Of a stretch of 64,000 nucleotides of DNA, positions 63,641-64,000 are shown in pieces (positions within the stretch are counted from its first letter, which is position 1; each line of letters starts with the position of its first letter). Made by a program: the position numbers and the translations under genes. The stretch lies in assembly GCF_009914755.1 (NCBI RefSeq), contig NC_060926.1; one strand, given 5' to 3'. The notes beneath the pieces are model-generated. The model searched no databases and was not told the origin of the DNA. It worked only from the letters and a program-made list of their open reading frames with translations. The stretch comes from the human T2T-CHM13v2.0 reference genome, Homo sapiens.

Positions 63641-64000
63641 AACAAAACACTGATGATTTCGGGTTTCCTAACTTGGACTTGGATTCAAATTTTCCTTCTT
63701 TTCAAACATCGATGAATATCAGCTTAGAATTGTGTTCTTATTAGCGTTCCTTCAGGCAAAAGGGAACCTGCTAACTAGTCAGTTCCAATAACTGATGCAA
63801 GATCATCTTCTGACCATAGCAAACCTATCAAGCTTGCTGCTTTCTCTGACTCAGTGGGGCATAGACCTCCTAATTACTGAATAAATATTGCTCAGGTTTT
63901 TTTTTTAGGTCTGTGAGATAAGTTTGCAGAATCAATAAAACATTGTCACAAAGTAGGTATCTTCATTATGCTATCAGCTTGGGGATATAGATGATCTTTG

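Overview
Human (hominid) non-coding genomic DNA. An AluYa5 with an intact 16-bp TSD points to Homo sapiens. I find no credible protein-coding gene. The long ORFs in the track are L1 ORF1/ORF2/ORF0 remnants, Alu read-throughs or chance ORFs. Much of the window is interspersed repeat: Alus, MIR/L2, MER DNA transposons, ERV1/ERVL/MaLR/HERV-K LTRs and nested L1s. The notable signal is a fossil complex rearrangement at about 34.5-52.6 kb. (1) An old L1M and the L1PB/PA16-like element nested in it are split, and their shared target-site duplication (GATATTCCAT) now lies on opposite strands 11 kb apart, implying a ~10.8-kb inversion (40.9-51.7 kb). (2) The right breakpoint is a patchwork of short L1 fragments with fold-back and direct-repeat templated scars. 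(3) That patchwork includes a ~540-bp inverted copy of a locus 44 kb away, made of a truncated L1 plus 109 bp of its unique flank. (4) Two inverted L1PA3/4 copies share many non-consensus variants. None of the four young L1 3' ends has a TSD. Repeat subfamily names are from memory of consensus sequences, not from a database search.
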